Source: Candidatus Latescibacterota bacterium
GTDB taxonomy: Bacteria; Latescibacterota; UBA2968; UBA8231
Assembly: GCA_965243025.1 (NCBI GenBank)
Contig: CBDETY010000003.1
Coordinates: forward strand, 1,312,001-1,376,000
DNA length: 64,000 bases
Direction of reading: 5' to 3'
In this document: positions 49,674-61,450 of the stretch, one piece after another
Numbering within the stretch: the first letter of the stretch is position 1
How the letters are laid out: each line of letters starts with the position of its first letter
The notes under the pieces: model-generated
Database searches by the model: none
What the model was told of the DNA's origin: nothing
The model's input: the letters and a program-made list of their open reading frames with translations, nothing else
Position numbers and translations under genes: made by a program

Positions 49674-50909
49674 ATGACCATGAGGGCCCTCGAACATGTC
49701 GATAGATCCGGCAGCCGGATCGCCTCCCGGTTGCGCAGGCTGGTAGCAATTCCCACGGTCAATCCTCCGGGGGAACTGTACGGGGAGATAGTGGCCTGTC
49801 TGGAGAAGTCCTGCACGGACCTCGGCCTGAAGACGCGGGTGCACAAAGTGCCGGCGAAAACCGCCGAAGCCGCGGGAGTCGCTCCGGAATATCCGCGTTA
49901 CAACCTGATCGCGCGGTGGGACGTCGGTGCCGCGCGCACCGTCCATTTCAACGCTCATTACGATGTCGTTCCGGCCGCGGGAAAATGGAAGTTCTCTCCC
50001 TTTCAGCCGCAGGCGGAGAACGGCTGGATGTACGGTCGCGGCTCCGGGGACATGAAGGGATCGATCGTCGCTCTTCTGACCGCCATCGATTGCCTGCGCC
50101 GCAGTGGGGCACAGCCGGCGTTCAATGTCGAGTGCTCATTCACCGCAGACGAGGAGACGGGCGGAGAGCTGGGAGCCGGGTACATCGTTCGTCGAGGCCT
50201 GGTGAATGCCGATAGCGCGGTCGTGTGCGAGGGAGCGGCCGGCACGCGTGTAGGCCTCGGTCACAACGGCGTATTGTGGCTGTACGTCCACCTTCAGGGA
50301 AAACCTGCCCATGCCTCGAGTCCCGACCAGGGGCGCAACGCGTTCGAAGCGATGCTGGCCGTTGCCCGTCACCTGCAGCGATACAGGAAGGATCTGACGA
50401 GCGCCGGTCGGCGGTACCGCGATTTCACCGGAAAGGACCGCTATCCGACGCTGAATATCGGGGGCGTCTTCGGAGGCACCGGTCAGAAGGTCAATACAGT
50501 TCCCGGCGATGCAACTTTCAGCATCGATCGGCGGGTTCCCCCCAACGAGCGCCTCGGGCAGGTGGAACGGGAGCTGCGTTCCAGCATTGCGGTGGCAGCG
50601 GCAACGCAGCCGCAGGTCCGCTGCCGGGTCGAGACGGCGCTGCGGATCGACCCCTGCGTGATGGATGCAGCTCACGATCTTCCGCAGCAGTTCGCCCGTT
50701 CCGTCAAGGCGGTGCGCCGTCGCGGTGCGGCATTTCGAGTCGCCACGGGATTCACCGACCTCCATTATTTCATCGAGGAAGCCGGCATTCCCGGAATCGG
50801 GTACGGAGTCGACGGCCGGCGCGCCCACGGTGCGGACGAGCGCGTCCGCCTGCGGGATGTCGCCGGCACGGCGAAGACCTACGCCCATTTCATGTTGACC
50901 GGGGGGTGA
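49674..50909 (+). CDS. M20 (ArgE/DapE-family) metallopeptidase or deacylase
   Basis: HYDVVP, GRGSGDMKG, DEETGG, AHGADE. Confidence 0.92.
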   Translation: MTMRALEHVDRSGSRIASRLRRLVAIPTVNPPGELYGEIVACLEKSCTDLGLKTRVHKVPAKTAEAAGVAPEYPRYNLIARWDVGAARTVHFNAHYDVVPAAGKWKFSPFQPQAENGWMYGRGSGDMKGSIVALLTAIDCLRRSGAQPAFNVECSFTADEETGGELGAGYIVRRGLVNADSAVVCEGAAGTRVGLGHNGVLWLYVHLQGKPAHASSPDQGRNAFEAMLAVARHLQRYRKDLTSAGRRYRDFTGKDRYPTLNIGGVFGGTGQKVNTVPGDATFSIDRRVPPNERLGQVERELRSSIAVAAATQPQVRCRVETALRIDPCVMDAAHDLPQQFARSVKAVRRRGAAFRVATGFTDLHYFIEEAGIPGIGYGVDGRRAHGADERVRLRDVAGTAKTYAHFMLTGG

Positions 50910-50916
50910 GGTCCGC

Positions 50917-51639
50917 GTGAACGCTCTGAAGGAGTTCCTGAGCGCCGCGTACGACCACTTCGGGGGCTTGATCTGCATCAACATCCTGTGGTCCCTGTTC
51001 TCGATACCCTGGCTCGCGGCCGCTGCGGCTGCGGTTCTGTACGGGGCCGCCCTGCAGGGGGACTGGGCGCCCCATGTCCGGTTGCTGGCCATCGTTCTCG
51101 CCACGGAGTTCGTCTGGTTCGCTCCTCCGACCGTCCTGTTGTTTCTCGCCGCCCGGCAATGGCTCGATGGTCGCGGGGCTTCGTTCAGCTCCCTCGCCAG
51201 ACAGCTCCCCCGGCACGCCCTGCGCGCCCAGGCTGCGGGGCTGGCAATAATGGCGGCGACCTGCCTGCTGGCGATCAATCTGGTCTTCTATCACCACCTC
51301 GGGGGTTGGCTGGGAGCGGTTCTTTCAGGGCTCATGGGCTGGGTGCTTTTGGGGCTTGTCCTGGTTTCTCTCTATTTCGTACCCGTGCTGCTCGCCGGAG
51401 AAGCCGGCTTCCGGGGGGCATGCCGCGGCAGCCTGTTCCTCGTTATTTCCTACCCTGGCAGGACTCTGGTCCTGCTCGCCCTCGTGGCCGGACTGCTGGT
51501 CCTCGGATTGGCTTCGGGAATCGGACTCCTGTGCGGAGTCTCCGCGGCCATCGCCTTGATCGAGAGCGTCTGGGTGCGGCGGCTGGCGGGGGAAGCGGAG
51601 GGAGCGAGGTCCGACCTGTGGAATCGCAATGAGAGCTGA
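50917..51639 (+). CDS. Integral membrane protein (DUF624-like)
   Basis: Multiple hydrophobic helices; operonic position. Confidence 0.7.
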   Translation: MNALKEFLSAAYDHFGGLICINILWSLFSIPWLAAAAAAVLYGAALQGDWAPHVRLLAIVLATEFVWFAPPTVLLFLAARQWLDGRGASFSSLARQLPRHALRAQAAGLAIMAATCLLAINLVFYHHLGGWLGAVLSGLMGWVLLGLVLVSLYFVPVLLAGEAGFRGACRGSLFLVISYPGRTLVLLALVAGLLVLGLASGIGLLCGVSAAIALIESVWVRRLAGEAEGARSDLWNRNES

Positions 51640-53239
51640 ATGCACCAAGGTGGTCACCGGTACCCAGATGGCTGCCATCGACAGGGCGGCGATCGATGAC
51701 CACGGCATACCCGGGATCGAGCTGATGGAACGCGCCGGGTCCCGGGTTGTAGAGACGATCCGCTCGCAGTGGGACGGTCTGGAGGGGCTGGAGATCGCGG
51801 TGGTTTGCGGGAAGGGAAACAACGGCGGGGATGGTTTCGTCATCGCCCGCCTCCTTCACCAGGCGGGAGTTCCTGTTTGCGCGTTTTTCACCTGCGAGCC
51901 GGCGGCCTTGACGCCCGATGCCGCCCATCATCACGCCCTGCTCGTTTCCTCCGGGGCATCGGTCCGGGAATTCCCCAGGGGCAACGCCGCCGATGTTCTC
52001 GCCGGATGCGATCTCGTGGTCGATTGCCTCCTGGGTACCGGGCTGCGGGGGGCCGCCCGCGACGATGCGGCGGGGATTATCAGATCGATCAACGACAGCG
52101 GGCGTCCTGTCGTCTGCGTGGATATGCCGTCCGGTGTGGAAGCCGATTCCGGCAAGGTCCTCGGTGCGAGCGTCAAGGCGGCGGTCACCGTCACTTTCGG
52201 CCTCCCGAAAATCGGGCAGCTGTTCCACCCGGGCCGCAGCCGTTGCGGCATGCTGCACCTCGTCGAAATCGGCTTTCCGAAAGAGGTCTTGGAAGCGGCT
52301 CCCGCGGCGGGGTTCCTGATTTCCGAGGCGACCGCGGCGGGCCTGATTCCGCGGCGGCGGGAAAATGCCCACAAGGGGGACTGCGGGTCCGTTGTCGTAG
52401 TCGCCGGTTCGGCCGGGATGACCGGGGCTGCGGCATTGACCGCCATGACGGCGCTGAAAACCGGTGCGGGACGGGTCACGGCTGCCATCCCCGAGAGCCT
52501 CAACGACGTACTCGAGATAAAACTGACCGAACCCATGACCTGCCCCTTGCCGGAGGTGAAGCGTCGCCGTTGCCTGTCTCTGCGGGCGCTCGGGGGAATT
52601 GGCCGTATCGCCGCACGCGCAAACGCGCTGGCGGTCGGACCTGGTCTTGGAATCCATCCCGAAACTGCCGAGCTGGTGCGACGGGTGCTGGCCCGGGAGG
52701 ACTTGCCGGCTGTCGTCGACGCGGATGGGCTGAATGCACTGGTGGGCTGTTCCAATATATACGGGGCGACCGCCTGGCAGCGGGATTCCCGCCCGAACAG
52801 GGTGCTGACTCCCCACCTGGGTGAGTTCTGCCGGCTCACCGGCATGTCGAAGCAGGAAGTGGCCGGGGATCCGATTGCGAAAGTAAACCGGTTCGCAAAA
52901 GAGTGCGGAGCCGTCGTTCTCCTGAAGGGAGCTCCCACCTGTGTCGGTTTCCCGGACGGAAACACCTACGTCTGCCCCTCGGGAAATGCCGGCATGGCGA
53001 CCGCAGGCTCCGGAGATGTTCTGACAGGGCTGATCGCAGGGCTGATCGCCCAGGGTTTGTCTGTCGAGGAAGCGGCGTGCTGTGGCGCTTTTCTGCACGG
53101 CCGCGCAGGGGATATCGCCAGAGACCGCATCGGGGAGTGGGGGATGGTGGCAGGCGATATCCAGGATGCGGTTCCCGAGGCAATTCTCGGGGTATTCCGA
53201 AACAATACCGGGGTTTCCCACCGACCTGGCCCGGGTTGA
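51629..53239 (+). CDS. nnr: Bifunctional NAD(P)H-hydrate epimerase/dehydratase
   Basis: LMERAG, GKGNNGGDG, DMPSG, HKG, VDADGLN, TPHLGE, ATAGSGDVL. Confidence 0.95.
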   Translation: MRAECTKVVTGTQMAAIDRAAIDDHGIPGIELMERAGSRVVETIRSQWDGLEGLEIAVVCGKGNNGGDGFVIARLLHQAGVPVCAFFTCEPAALTPDAAHHHALLVSSGASVREFPRGNAADVLAGCDLVVDCLLGTGLRGAARDDAAGIIRSINDSGRPVVCVDMPSGVEADSGKVLGASVKAAVTVTFGLPKIGQLFHPGRSRCGMLHLVEIGFPKEVLEAAPAAGFLISEATAAGLIPRRRENAHKGDCGSVVVVAGSAGMTGAAALTAMTALKTGAGRVTAAIPESLNDVLEIKLTEPMTCPLPEVKRRRCLSLRALGGIGRIAARANALAVGPGLGIHPETAELVRRVLAREDLPAVVDADGLNALVGCSNIYGATAWQRDSRPNRVLTPHLGEFCRLTGMSKQEVAGDPIAKVNRFAKECGAVVLLKGAPTCVGFPDGNTYVCPSGNAGMATAGSGDVLTGLIAGLIAQGLSVEEAACCGAFLHGRAGDIARDRIGEWGMVAGDIQDAVPEAILGVFRNNTGVSHRPGPG

Positions 53240-53404
53240 CTTACCCAGGGGCATCGAGTACCCTTTTCCCGGCTCAGCGAGGGGTTTGCTCTTGCTGCCA
53301 TCCCGCGGCGTTCCATGCGCCGCAATACTCCCCAGACAGCTTCCCCGATACTTGGTGGCCTTGCCCGGGTCGGCATACTACCCAGACTCGTTCCGGAACA
53401 GCAA

Positions 53405-53938
53405 ATGACCAAAGTCCGAGAGGCGATAGAAGAGATTATCGAGGAGTCCTATCTCCTGGGGCGTTCGGAACGGGAAATCCGGCAGGATTTCAAGCGCTTC
53501 CTGGATACCTGTTACGCGGTCATTCACGAAAACATCGAGGATCGGGAGGCCGTTTCCAGTCTCCTGGAGCATCTCGAGCGGGAGCAGGCGAGGATCCTGA
53601 TCGCCGACCGCGGAGACGGCGCGGGGGAGGCTGAAGCGGATGGGGAAACCGTGGGTTCCGGCACTCCTCCCGCAGAGGAATTCTGTGTGAAGGTCGCGCG
53701 TCACAAACGCCAGATTCTCCGCGCCATCGCCAAATACGATCCGGAGCTGGTGCGACTGATCGACGAGCACCGCTTTCAGGGGGAAATGGACGAACCCCTC
53801 AGGCCCCGGTTCAGACGTACGCCTCCAGGGGGCCGGCAAATCGATTGGTCCGCAATGAAGCTGCAGCTGCTGAAAACCGGTTACGCATTGACAATCGGTC
53901 TGATCGTTCTGGTAACCTGGCTCAGCTTCATACAATAA
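53405..53938 (+). CDS. Hypothetical protein with a C-terminal membrane anchor
   Basis: Protein-like ORF from MTKVREAIEE; hydrophobic C-terminus. Confidence 0.6.
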   Translation: MTKVREAIEEIIEESYLLGRSEREIRQDFKRFLDTCYAVIHENIEDREAVSSLLEHLEREQARILIADRGDGAGEAEADGETVGSGTPPAEEFCVKVARHKRQILRAIAKYDPELVRLIDEHRFQGEMDEPLRPRFRRTPPGGRQIDWSAMKLQLLKTGYALTIGLIVLVTWLSFIQ

Positions 53939-54154
53939 ACTTACCCGTTTCCGGGATCCGCCTGTCCCCGAATGTGACAGCAACAGGGAGAATTTCCGGA
54001 GGTCGAATCGTGACCGCGCCGGGAAAACAACCCCGTTTTCGCCGAATCTGTCCGTTCACTGACCCTACTGCCCCCAGCGGGAACGCGCTGGAGTTCCGCT
54101 GTGCTGCATTTCGGAGCAGGGTGCGCGAATCGCCCCTTCCCCAAGTGGTGAGGT

Positions 54155-57100
54155 ATGCCCAGACGTACTGACATCGACAAGATAATGCTGATCGGTTCCG
54201 GCCCGATCGTCATCGGCCAGGCGTGTGAGTTCGACTATTCGGGCACCCAGGCCTGCAAGGCGTTACGCGAAGCGGGGTATGAGATCGTCCTCGTCAACAG
54301 CAACCCCGCCACGATCATGACCGACCCTGAGTTCGCCGACCGCACCTACATAGAGCCGATCACCGCCGAGGTGTGTGAGGCCATCATCGAAGCCGAGAGG
54401 CCCCAGGCGCTGCTGCCTACCGTCGGAGGGCAGACCGCCCTGAACACCGCCGTGGAGTTAGGGGAGCGGGGCGCTCTCGAGCGCTTCGGGGTGGAGCTGA
54501 TCGGGGCCCGCCTCGAGGCGATCCGAACCGCCGAGGATCGCGAGCTTTTCAAGCGGGCGATGGATGAGGCAGGGCTTGAGATGCCGCCAGGACACTTCGT
54601 GCACTCTCTCGAAGAGGCGGTGGCGCGGCAGCATGAGCTGGGCTACCCGACGATCATTCGCCCTTCCTTCACGCTCGGGGGGTCCGGTGGGGGCATCGCC
54701 TACAACGGCGAGGAGTTCGAACGCATCGTCAGCCACGGTCTCGATCTCAGTCCGATCGGAGAGGTATTGATCGAGATGTCGGTGCTGGGGTGGAAGGAAT
54801 ACGAGCTCGAGGTGATGCGGGACCTGAACGACAACGTCGTGATCATCTGCTCCATCGAGAACTTCGATCCGATGGGGGTACACACAGGCGACAGCATCAC
54901 CGTGGCCCCGGCCCAGACCTTGACCGACAAACAGTACCAGGAAATGCGGGACGCTGCGATCCGGGTGATCCGGCGCATCGGTGTCGACACCGGGGGATCG
55001 AATATCCAGTTCGCCGTGGAACCGGATACCGGGCGCATGGTTGTAATAGAGATGAACCCCCGTGTTTCGCGCAGCTCCGCCCTCGCCTCGAAGGCTACCG
55101 GTTTCCCGATCGCGAAGATCGCCGCCAAGCTGGCTGTCGGATACACTCTCGACGAGATCACCAACGACATAACCAGGGAGACGCCGGCCTCTTTCGAACC
55201 CACGATCGACTATGTGGTCACCAAGATCCCGCGCTGGGCTTTCGAGAAGTTCCCGCAGACTCCCGACTCCCTCGACACCCAGATGAGGTCGGTGGGTGAG
55301 ACCATGGCGGTCGGCAGGACATTTCACGAGTCGCTGCAGAAGGGGCTGCGCAGCCTCGAAATCGGCCGTTCAGGCTGGGGAGGAGACGGCAAGGACCTCG
55401 ACCCGTTGAGGGTTTCCGACCAGGAGATCAGGGAACGGCTCGTGAACCCCAGCTCCCAGCGGCTTTTTCATATCAAGGTCGCTGTGGCCAAAGGGTTTTC
55501 GCTCGAGGAGATCCACCGCCTGACCCGGATCGACATGTGGTTTCTCGATCGCCTTTACGAAATTTTCGAAATCGAGTGTGCTCTCGGCGAACGCCCGATC
55601 CTCGACGACCCGGCGCTGTTGCGGCGCGCCAAGGCGTTTGGATTCAGCGATGCTCAGCTCGCCTACCTGCAGGAATGCGACGAAGTGACAGTGCGCGAGA
55701 AGCGCCGGCGACATGGAGTCGAGCCGGTATTCAAAACGGTCGATACCTGCGCTGCCGAGTTCGAGGCCTATACACCCTACCACTACTCGACCTACGAAAG
55801 GGAGAACGAGTCCAGGCGTTCCGATCACGACAAGATCGTCATCCTCGGCGGCGGGCCGAACCGCATCGGGCAGGGAATAGAGTTCGACTACTGCTGCGTT
55901 CACGCCTGCTTCGCCCTCGCCGAAGACGGCTTCGAAACCATCATGGTAAACAGCAACCCCGAGACGGTGAGCACCGACTACGACACTGCGGACAAGCTCT
56001 ACTTCGAGCCGCTTACCGTCGAGGACGTCCTGGCCGTCGTCGAACGGGAGCAGCCGCTCGGGGTCATCGTCCAGTTCGGAGGCCAGACCCCCCTCAACCT
56101 CGCCCTGGACCTGGAAGCCGCCGGGGTCCCGATTCTCGGCACCTCTCCGCAGAGCATCGATCGCGCCGAGGACCGGGAGCACTTCGGCAATCTGCTGCGC
56201 GGTCTGGACATCCTGCAGCCGGAGAACGGAATGGCGAGAAGCCTCGGGGAAGCGCGGGACGTCGCCGAGCGCATCGGCTACCCGGTGCTGGTGCGGCCGT
56301 CGTACGTGCTCGGGGGGCGCGCCATGGTCACCGTCTACGACGAAAGCCGGCTCGAGACCTACATGGAATCGGCGATCTCGGTATCTCCCCAACACCCCGT
56401 TCTGATCGACCGTTTTCTCGAAGGAGCCCAGGAATTCGACGTCGATGCCGTCGCCGACGGACAGGAGGTTCTGGTCGCCGGGATCATGCAGCACATCGAG
56501 CACGCCGGTGTGCACTCCGGGGACAGCGCCTGCGTTTTGCCCCCCTACCGAATCGCGGACGAGAACCTCGAACTGCTGCGCCGTTACACGACCGAGCTGG
56601 CGCTCGCCCTCAACGTGGTAGGTCTGATGAACGTCCAGTACGCGATCTGCGACGAGCGCGTCTACGTCCTCGAGGTCAACCCGCGGGCTTCCCGCACTGT
56701 ACCGTTCGTCAGCAAGGCGACGGGAAAACCGCTGGCAAAAATTGCCGCCAGGGTGATGGCGGGGCGCAGCCTCCGCGAGCAGGGTATCACCTCGGACATC
56801 ACTCCAGTTCACATATCGGTCAAGGAGGCGGTGCTGCCGTTCAGCAAGTTCCCCGGCGCCGACGGCATCCTCGGGCCGGAGATGAAATCGACCGGCGAGG
56901 TGATGGGTATCGGCAACGATTTCGGGGAGGCTTTTCTCAAGGCCCAGATGGGGGCCGGATCCATGCTGCCGCGGGGCGGGCGCGTCTTCATCAGCGTCAA
57001 CGACCGCGACAAACCGGAAGTCCTGCCGATTGCCCGCCGCCTCCAGGAGGCCGGTTTTCAGCTGCTCGCGACCCGGGGTACCTGCGAATTCCTGCGCGCC

Positions 57101-57382
57101 GGGGGAGTCGTCGCCGAGAAGATCATGAAGATCCACGAGGGCAGGCCGCACGTCGTCGATGCGATCCGCAGCAAGGCGATCGAACTGGTGGTCAACTCCC
57201 CTCTCGACGAGCAGTCGCAGTACGACGACCACGCCGTGCGGCGTGCTGCGATCATGCACTCGATACCCTACACGACGACCCTGGCCGGGGCCCGCGCCGC
57301 GGCCGCCGGTATCGAGTCGCTGCAGCGCACACCCCTGAAGGTGCGCGCCTTGCAGGACTATCACGCGAGCGCCGACAGGTGA
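54155..57382 (+). CDS. carB: Carbamoyl-phosphate synthase large subunit
   Basis: MPRRTDI...[18 protein letters not shown]; duplicated ATP-grasp halves; MGS domain. Confidence 0.98.
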   Translation: MPRRTDIDKIMLIGSGPIVIGQACEFDYSGTQACKALREAGYEIVLVNSNPATIMTDPEFADRTYIEPITAEVCEAIIEAERPQALLPTVGGQTALNTAVELGERGALERFGVELIGARLEAIRTAEDRELFKRAMDEAGLEMPPGHFVHSLEEAVARQHELGYPTIIRPSFTLGGSGGGIAYNGEEFERIVSHGLDLSPIGEVLIEMSVLGWKEYELEVMRDLNDNVVIICSIENFDPMGVHTGDSITVAPAQTLTDKQYQEMRDAAIRVIRRIGVDTGGSNIQFAVEPDTGRMVVIEMNPRVSRSSALASKATGFPIAKIAAKLAVGYTLDEITNDITRETPASFEPTIDYVVTKIPRWAFEKFPQTPDSLDTQMRSVGETMAVGRTFHESLQKGLRSLEIGRSGWGGDGKDLDPLRVSDQEIRERLVNPSSQRLFHIKVAVAKGFSLEEIHRLTRIDMWFLDRLYEIFEIECALGERPILDDPALLRRAKAFGFSDAQLAYLQECDEVTVREKRRRHGVEPVFKTVDTCAAEFEAYTPYHYSTYERENESRRSDHDKIVILGGGPNRIGQGIEFDYCCVHACFALAEDGFETIMVNSNPETVSTDYDTADKLYFEPLTVEDVLAVVEREQPLGVIVQFGGQTPLNLALDLEAAGVPILGTSPQSIDRAEDREHFGNLLRGLDILQPENGMARSLGEARDVAERIGYPVLVRPSYVLGGRAMVTVYDESRLETYMESAISVSPQHPVLIDRFLEGAQEFDVDAVADGQEVLVAGIMQHIEHAGVHSGDSACVLPPYRIADENLELLRRYTTELALALNVVGLMNVQYAICDERVYVLEVNPRASRTVPFVSKATGKPLAKIAARVMAGRSLREQGITSDITPVHISVKEAVLPFSKFPGADGILGPEMKSTGEVMGIGNDFGEAFLKAQMGAGSMLPRGGRVFISVNDRDKPEVLPIARRLQEAGFQLLATRGTCEFLRAGGVVAEKIMKIHEGRPHVVDAIRSKAIELVVNSPLDEQSQYDDHAVRRAAIMHSIPYTTTLAGARAAAAGIESLQRTPLKVRALQDYHASADR

Positions 57383-60300
57383 TTCCTCCCTTGCGGCATT
57401 TTCCCCCGGCCGCAGCGCTCCTTTTCTGCGCTGCCGTGGTGGGTGGATGCGTCTATTTCAACACTTACTACAATGCCCAGAGGTACTTCCGGCAGGCGGA
57501 AAAGGCGAGGAAGGAAATCGAGCGGCAGCAGCCGGAACGGAAAGGGCGGGAGGATAGTCGGAGCCGGACTTACGGCCGGCAACAGCGAAGTCGCGGCGGG
57601 AAGGATCCCAACCAACTGTACGACCAGGCGGCTCGCAAGGCATCCAAGGTCCTCGAGAAGCATCGCGACAGCGACCTCGTCGACGACGCCATGTTTCTTC
57701 TGGGCAGGGCGTTCTACTGGCAGGGCCACTACCGCGATGCCGCAAGGTCGTTCAGGGATCTCGAGACCAACTTTCCCGAAAGCGAGTACTTCACCCGTTC
57801 CCGGTACTGGCGCGGGTTATGCCTGGAGGGCCAGGGTGCCAATGCGGAGGCCCGAAGTATTTATCGCGCCCTTTCCAGTGCCGGGGACGCGGACATGGCC
57901 GCCCTCGCCGGTATGCGCCTCGGCGAAATGGCATTCGAAAAGGAAGAGTATGCCTCCGCCATCCAGGAATACAGATCGACCCTGGAAGGCTTTCCGAAAG
58001 CGGAGAACCGCGCCGAACTCTGGCTGCGACTGGGCGAAGCCGCGGTCGCACTGGAGGACTCCTCCCTGTTCGCTACGGCGGCAGAAGCCTTTTCGGAGGT
58101 GTTGCGCGAATCTCCCGGCAAACGGGTGGAGTACAGAGCGCGCCTCGAACAGGGCCGCCTGTTTTACCAGATGGGAGAGGTCGAGAAGGCAAAGGATACC
58201 TACTTGCGGCTGCTCAGGGAGGGGAGTTTCCGAACCTTTGAAGGACAGACCCGCCTGCTGATCGGTCAGTACTACGAAGACCAGGGCTTACCGGAAGAAG
58301 CCCTCCGTGAATTCACCCGGGTCCGCGATGATTTTCCCCAGACCGACGCCTCGGCGATGGCGGTTTACCGCACGGCCCTCATCTATTTGAGCCGCAACGC
58401 CGACCGCGTGGGGGCCCGGGAATACCTCGAGACCGTGTCGGCGGAGAAGAGGAACTCGGAGGCCGCGGAGCTCGCGAAGGAAACCCTGTCCGACCTCGTC
58501 GAGGTGGAAAAACTGCTGCACAAGATCCATGTGGCCGATTCCCTGGATGCCGTGGACGCTGCAGCCGCCGATTCGGCGGCCCTGGCTCTGGCCGCCACAT
58601 CCGACAGCGCCTCAGTTGCCGGTGGGACAACAGCGTCGTCAGACACCGCCTTCACGGACCGCGAAGTCGACCGGGCAATCCCGGATTTCGAGAGCCCCCC
58701 GGTGCTGCCTGCAGACAGCGCGAACGTGGCGGGCGCCGCAACCGCGCCAGGGGACATGTCGTTCCCGGGCAAGGAGGGCGGCCAAACCTCTCCCGACATC
58801 GGGATGCCCGGGTTTCCTCCCCTGAACGAAGCTCCCGGTGACGCAACCGGACCCGCGGACAGAACCTCGGGTCGGGAGGTCGACGAAGCCCCGGCGGGTG
58901 CCGAATTGCCGGAGGTGGCGCAAGATACGCCTGTTCGAGACCAGGATGACGGGGGGGGGCCCGGTTCGCGGACCTCGGTGCCGGGAGGAAGGAAGAAGTG
59001 GGAGGATCCCCGGAAAAAACTGGACGAGACTCTCCTGACGGTCGCCGAGATCTACCGGGACCGCCTCGCCATGCCGGACTCGGCAATCCATTTCTACCTT
59101 GAATTCACGCGGCGTTTCCCGGAATCGCACCAGGTTCCCAGGGCATTTTTCAGCATCGCCTGGATCCATACCGAGATGAAGGGGGACGAGGAGTCGGCGG
59201 CCTCCTGGTTGCACAAGCTGGCCGGGGATTTTCCGCTGACGGAACATGCGAATGCTGCTCGGGAGCTCCTCGGGAACGAGAAGGATATCACCGCGGAAGA
59301 GCGCGCCCTGGAGGAGTACGAACGCATCGAGGAGATCCGGCTGGAAAACATCGCCTCTCTCGACCGCTACATGCCCGAGCTCGACCAGCTGATCGCCGAA
59401 TTCCCGGCAACCGAGTCCGGAGCGAAGGCGCTGTGGCTGACCGCCTGGACCTTTGAAAACGTCGCCGGTGACACGTCCGAGGCGGAGCGCAGGTACGCGC
59501 GAATCAAGATGGAGTTTCCAGGTACCCGGATTGCCACCCACGCGCTCGAGCGCGAGGAGGCGCGCACCGAGGGCCTGCTGGACAGGCTGGAGCGTGAATT
59601 CATTACGCTCCGGGCAGGGGAAAAGCCGGGTGAGCAGGTAATGACTATCGCCGTCGAGCCGGACACGGCGGACTCGGTGCTGCTGGCGCGAAAATATCTC
59701 GGTTTTGCACTGCGCGCCCATCGCCGGGGAGCCCTGGAAACGGCGCGGGAATTTTACGAGTTGTGTCTCGAGGAGCAGCAGCGCAGGCCGGAAGCCCTGT
59801 TCGGGCTGGGAGAAATAGCCTGGGAAGGGGCCTACTACGACGACGCCCTGGACTACTATATCGAGGCTTTGCGCATGCGCGGCAACCTGGTCGGCATCAG
59901 TTACCGCCTGTTCGCCCTTCACACCCGGGAAGGCCGCGCCGATTCCTCCAACCACTATCTGCGCCAGATCCTTCGCAAGGACCGGGACAACCCGGCGGTA
60001 ACCGCCTTGAGGGACGAGTTCCCCGCTTTGTTGGAATCCGAGGACCTCGGCATGTCGACTCTGGAAGAAATCGACCTGCCCATGCCACCGCCGGAGGATC
60101 TGTTCGCTCCGCCCAGATCACTGCTTCCCCTGCGCGAGGAGCCGGTTGTCCGAAAAAGCACCTTGCCGCTTCTGCCTGCCGACGCCGGAGTGGACTCGGC
60201 CGAGGTCATCGTCGATTTCCTCGTCACCGTCGATGGGAAACCTGCCGTCGTCGAGGTCTTTGCCGGGGACGAGTCATTGGTTCCGGAAGCTCTCGAGGCA

Positions 60301-60564
60301 GCGCGCGGCTACGTCTTTTTTCCCGCCGTGGACAGGGACGAGGAAAAGGTGGAGGTATGGGTGGAGATTGCGATCCCGTTTTTCCCCGGCGGCCGCAGCG
60401 ATCAGGGGCTGACCTCGGAGTCAGTAGCGGGAGGAGCCGGCTCGGAAGACTCGGTACCCCGTGAGAGGGTGGCCGCGAATGACGCGGTAATTGTCGAGAC
60501 CCCGTCTCCGCCTGTTCGGCAGGAGGCGGCGGGTTCCCAATCCGGTCCAGAAGAAGCCGAATGA
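57379..60564 (+). CDS. TPR-repeat lipoprotein with a C-terminal TonB_C-like domain
   Basis: GTG start overlapping the carB stop; lipobox VGGC followed by VYFNTYYNA; TPR helices; [11 protein letters not shown]...[13 protein letters not shown]...[11 protein letters not shown]. Confidence 0.8.
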   Translation: MIPPLRHFPPAAALLFCAAVVGGCVYFNTYYNAQRYFRQAEKARKEIERQQPERKGREDSRSRTYGRQQRSRGGKDPNQLYDQAARKASKVLEKHRDSDLVDDAMFLLGRAFYWQGHYRDAARSFRDLETNFPESEYFTRSRYWRGLCLEGQGANAEARSIYRALSSAGDADMAALAGMRLGEMAFEKEEYASAIQEYRSTLEGFPKAENRAELWLRLGEAAVALEDSSLFATAAEAFSEVLRESPGKRVEYRARLEQGRLFYQMGEVEKAKDTYLRLLREGSFRTFEGQTRLLIGQYYEDQGLPEEALREFTRVRDDFPQTDASAMAVYRTALIYLSRNADRVGAREYLETVSAEKRNSEAAELAKETLSDLVEVEKLLHKIHVADSLDAVDAAAADSAALALAATSDSASVAGGTTASSDTAFTDREVDRAIPDFESPPVLPADSANVAGAATAPGDMSFPGKEGGQTSPDIGMPGFPPLNEAPGDATGPADRTSGREVDEAPAGAELPEVAQDTPVRDQDDGGGPGSRTSVPGGRKKWEDPRKKLDETLLTVAEIYRDRLAMPDSAIHFYLEFTRRFPESHQVPRAFFSIAWIHTEMKGDEESAASWLHKLAGDFPLTEHANAARELLGNEKDITAEERALEEYERIEEIRLENIASLDRYMPELDQLIAEFPATESGAKALWLTAWTFENVAGDTSEAERRYARIKMEFPGTRIATHALEREEARTEGLLDRLEREFITLRAGEKPGEQVMTIAVEPDTADSVLLARKYLGFALRAHRRGALETAREFYELCLEEQQRRPEALFGLGEIAWEGAYYDDALDYYIEALRMRGNLVGISYRLFALHTREGRADSSNHYLRQILRKDRDNPAVTALRDEFPALLESEDLGMSTLEEIDLPMPPPEDLFAPPRSLLPLREEPVVRKSTLPLLPADAGVDSAEVIVDFLVTVDGKPAVVEVFAGDESLVPEALEAARGYVFFPAVDRDEEKVEVWVEIAIPFFPGGRSDQGLTSESVAGGAGSEDSVPRERVAANDAVIVETPSPPVRQEAAGSQSGPEEAE

Positions 60565-61379
60565 GCGAATTCACCGCTCCCCCGGACCCGGGGGTGCTGG
60601 TCGAGTCCAATGAGGAGGTAGCCGCCGACTTCTACCGCCTCCGACTTTCCCACCCGGAGGCGGCCGGAAAAGTCGCTCCCGGCCAGTTTGTCCAGCTGCA
60701 GGTGGGCGGCGGAGTGGCGCCGTTGTTGAGGGTGCCCCTCAGTGTCAGCGCCGCTGATTCGCGAACCGGAACGATCGAGGTTCTGTTCGAGGATATGGGG
60801 CCGAAGACCTTCCTGCTGAGTCGCGCCCGCGAGGGGGACCGGTTGCGTTGCCTGGGACCGCTGGGGATCGGTTTTCCGGATCCGCCGGCGGCCGCGGTCC
60901 TGGTGGGGGGAGGAATCGGGGTTCCCCCGCTGCTGTTCCTGGGCGAACGCCTGCGCCGCCGGCACCATGTGCGTCTTCTTGTGGGGGCGCGGGCGGCGGC
61001 GAAACTGCTGCCGGAAGAGCTGCTGTCCTCCGCCGCTTCGGAACACCGTATTGCGACCGACGACGGCAGCGCCGGGCAGAGGGGATTTGCCACCGATCTG
61101 CTGATCGAGGAGCTCGACGCCTTTTCCTCCGTTACTGTCTACACTTGCGGACCACCGGCGATGATGGCCGCGGTGGCGAAGATATGCGGCGCTCGCCGCA
61201 TCGCCTGTTTCGCCTCGCTCGAAGAATACATGGCCTGCGGTTTCGGAGTATGCGTCGGATGCGTCGTTCCCCGGGTCGAGGCCGCCTCCCCTTACCACCG
61301 TTACAGCCGTGTCTGCTTCGACGGCCCGGTGTACGATGCTCGCGAAATCGCCTGGGATGATGTCCACTCCCCCCCATAG
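60561..61379 (+). CDS. pyrK: Dihydroorotate dehydrogenase electron-transfer subunit
   Basis: PGQF, GPLG, GGGIG, CGP, MACGFGVCVGC...C.DGPV. Confidence 0.93.
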   Translation: MSEFTAPPDPGVLVESNEEVAADFYRLRLSHPEAAGKVAPGQFVQLQVGGGVAPLLRVPLSVSAADSRTGTIEVLFEDMGPKTFLLSRAREGDRLRCLGPLGIGFPDPPAAAVLVGGGIGVPPLLFLGERLRRRHHVRLLVGARAAAKLLPEELLSSAASEHRIATDDGSAGQRGFATDLLIEELDAFSSVTVYTCGPPAMMAAVAKICGARRIACFASLEEYMACGFGVCVGCVVPRVEAASPYHRYSRVCFDGPVYDAREIAWDDVHSPP

Positions 61380-61450
61380 CCCCGCTGGATTGCCCACGAA
61401 CAGGAATGGCGGACGCATGGGGCCGGGCTTCAGAAACGGCACGGGTGGCA

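Noticed and set aside
55537-57378. N-terminal 614 codons of the 1675-aa track ORF
   Set aside because: This is an alternative frame over carB with Arg/Pro/Gly-rich composition; the real gene starts at GTG 57379.
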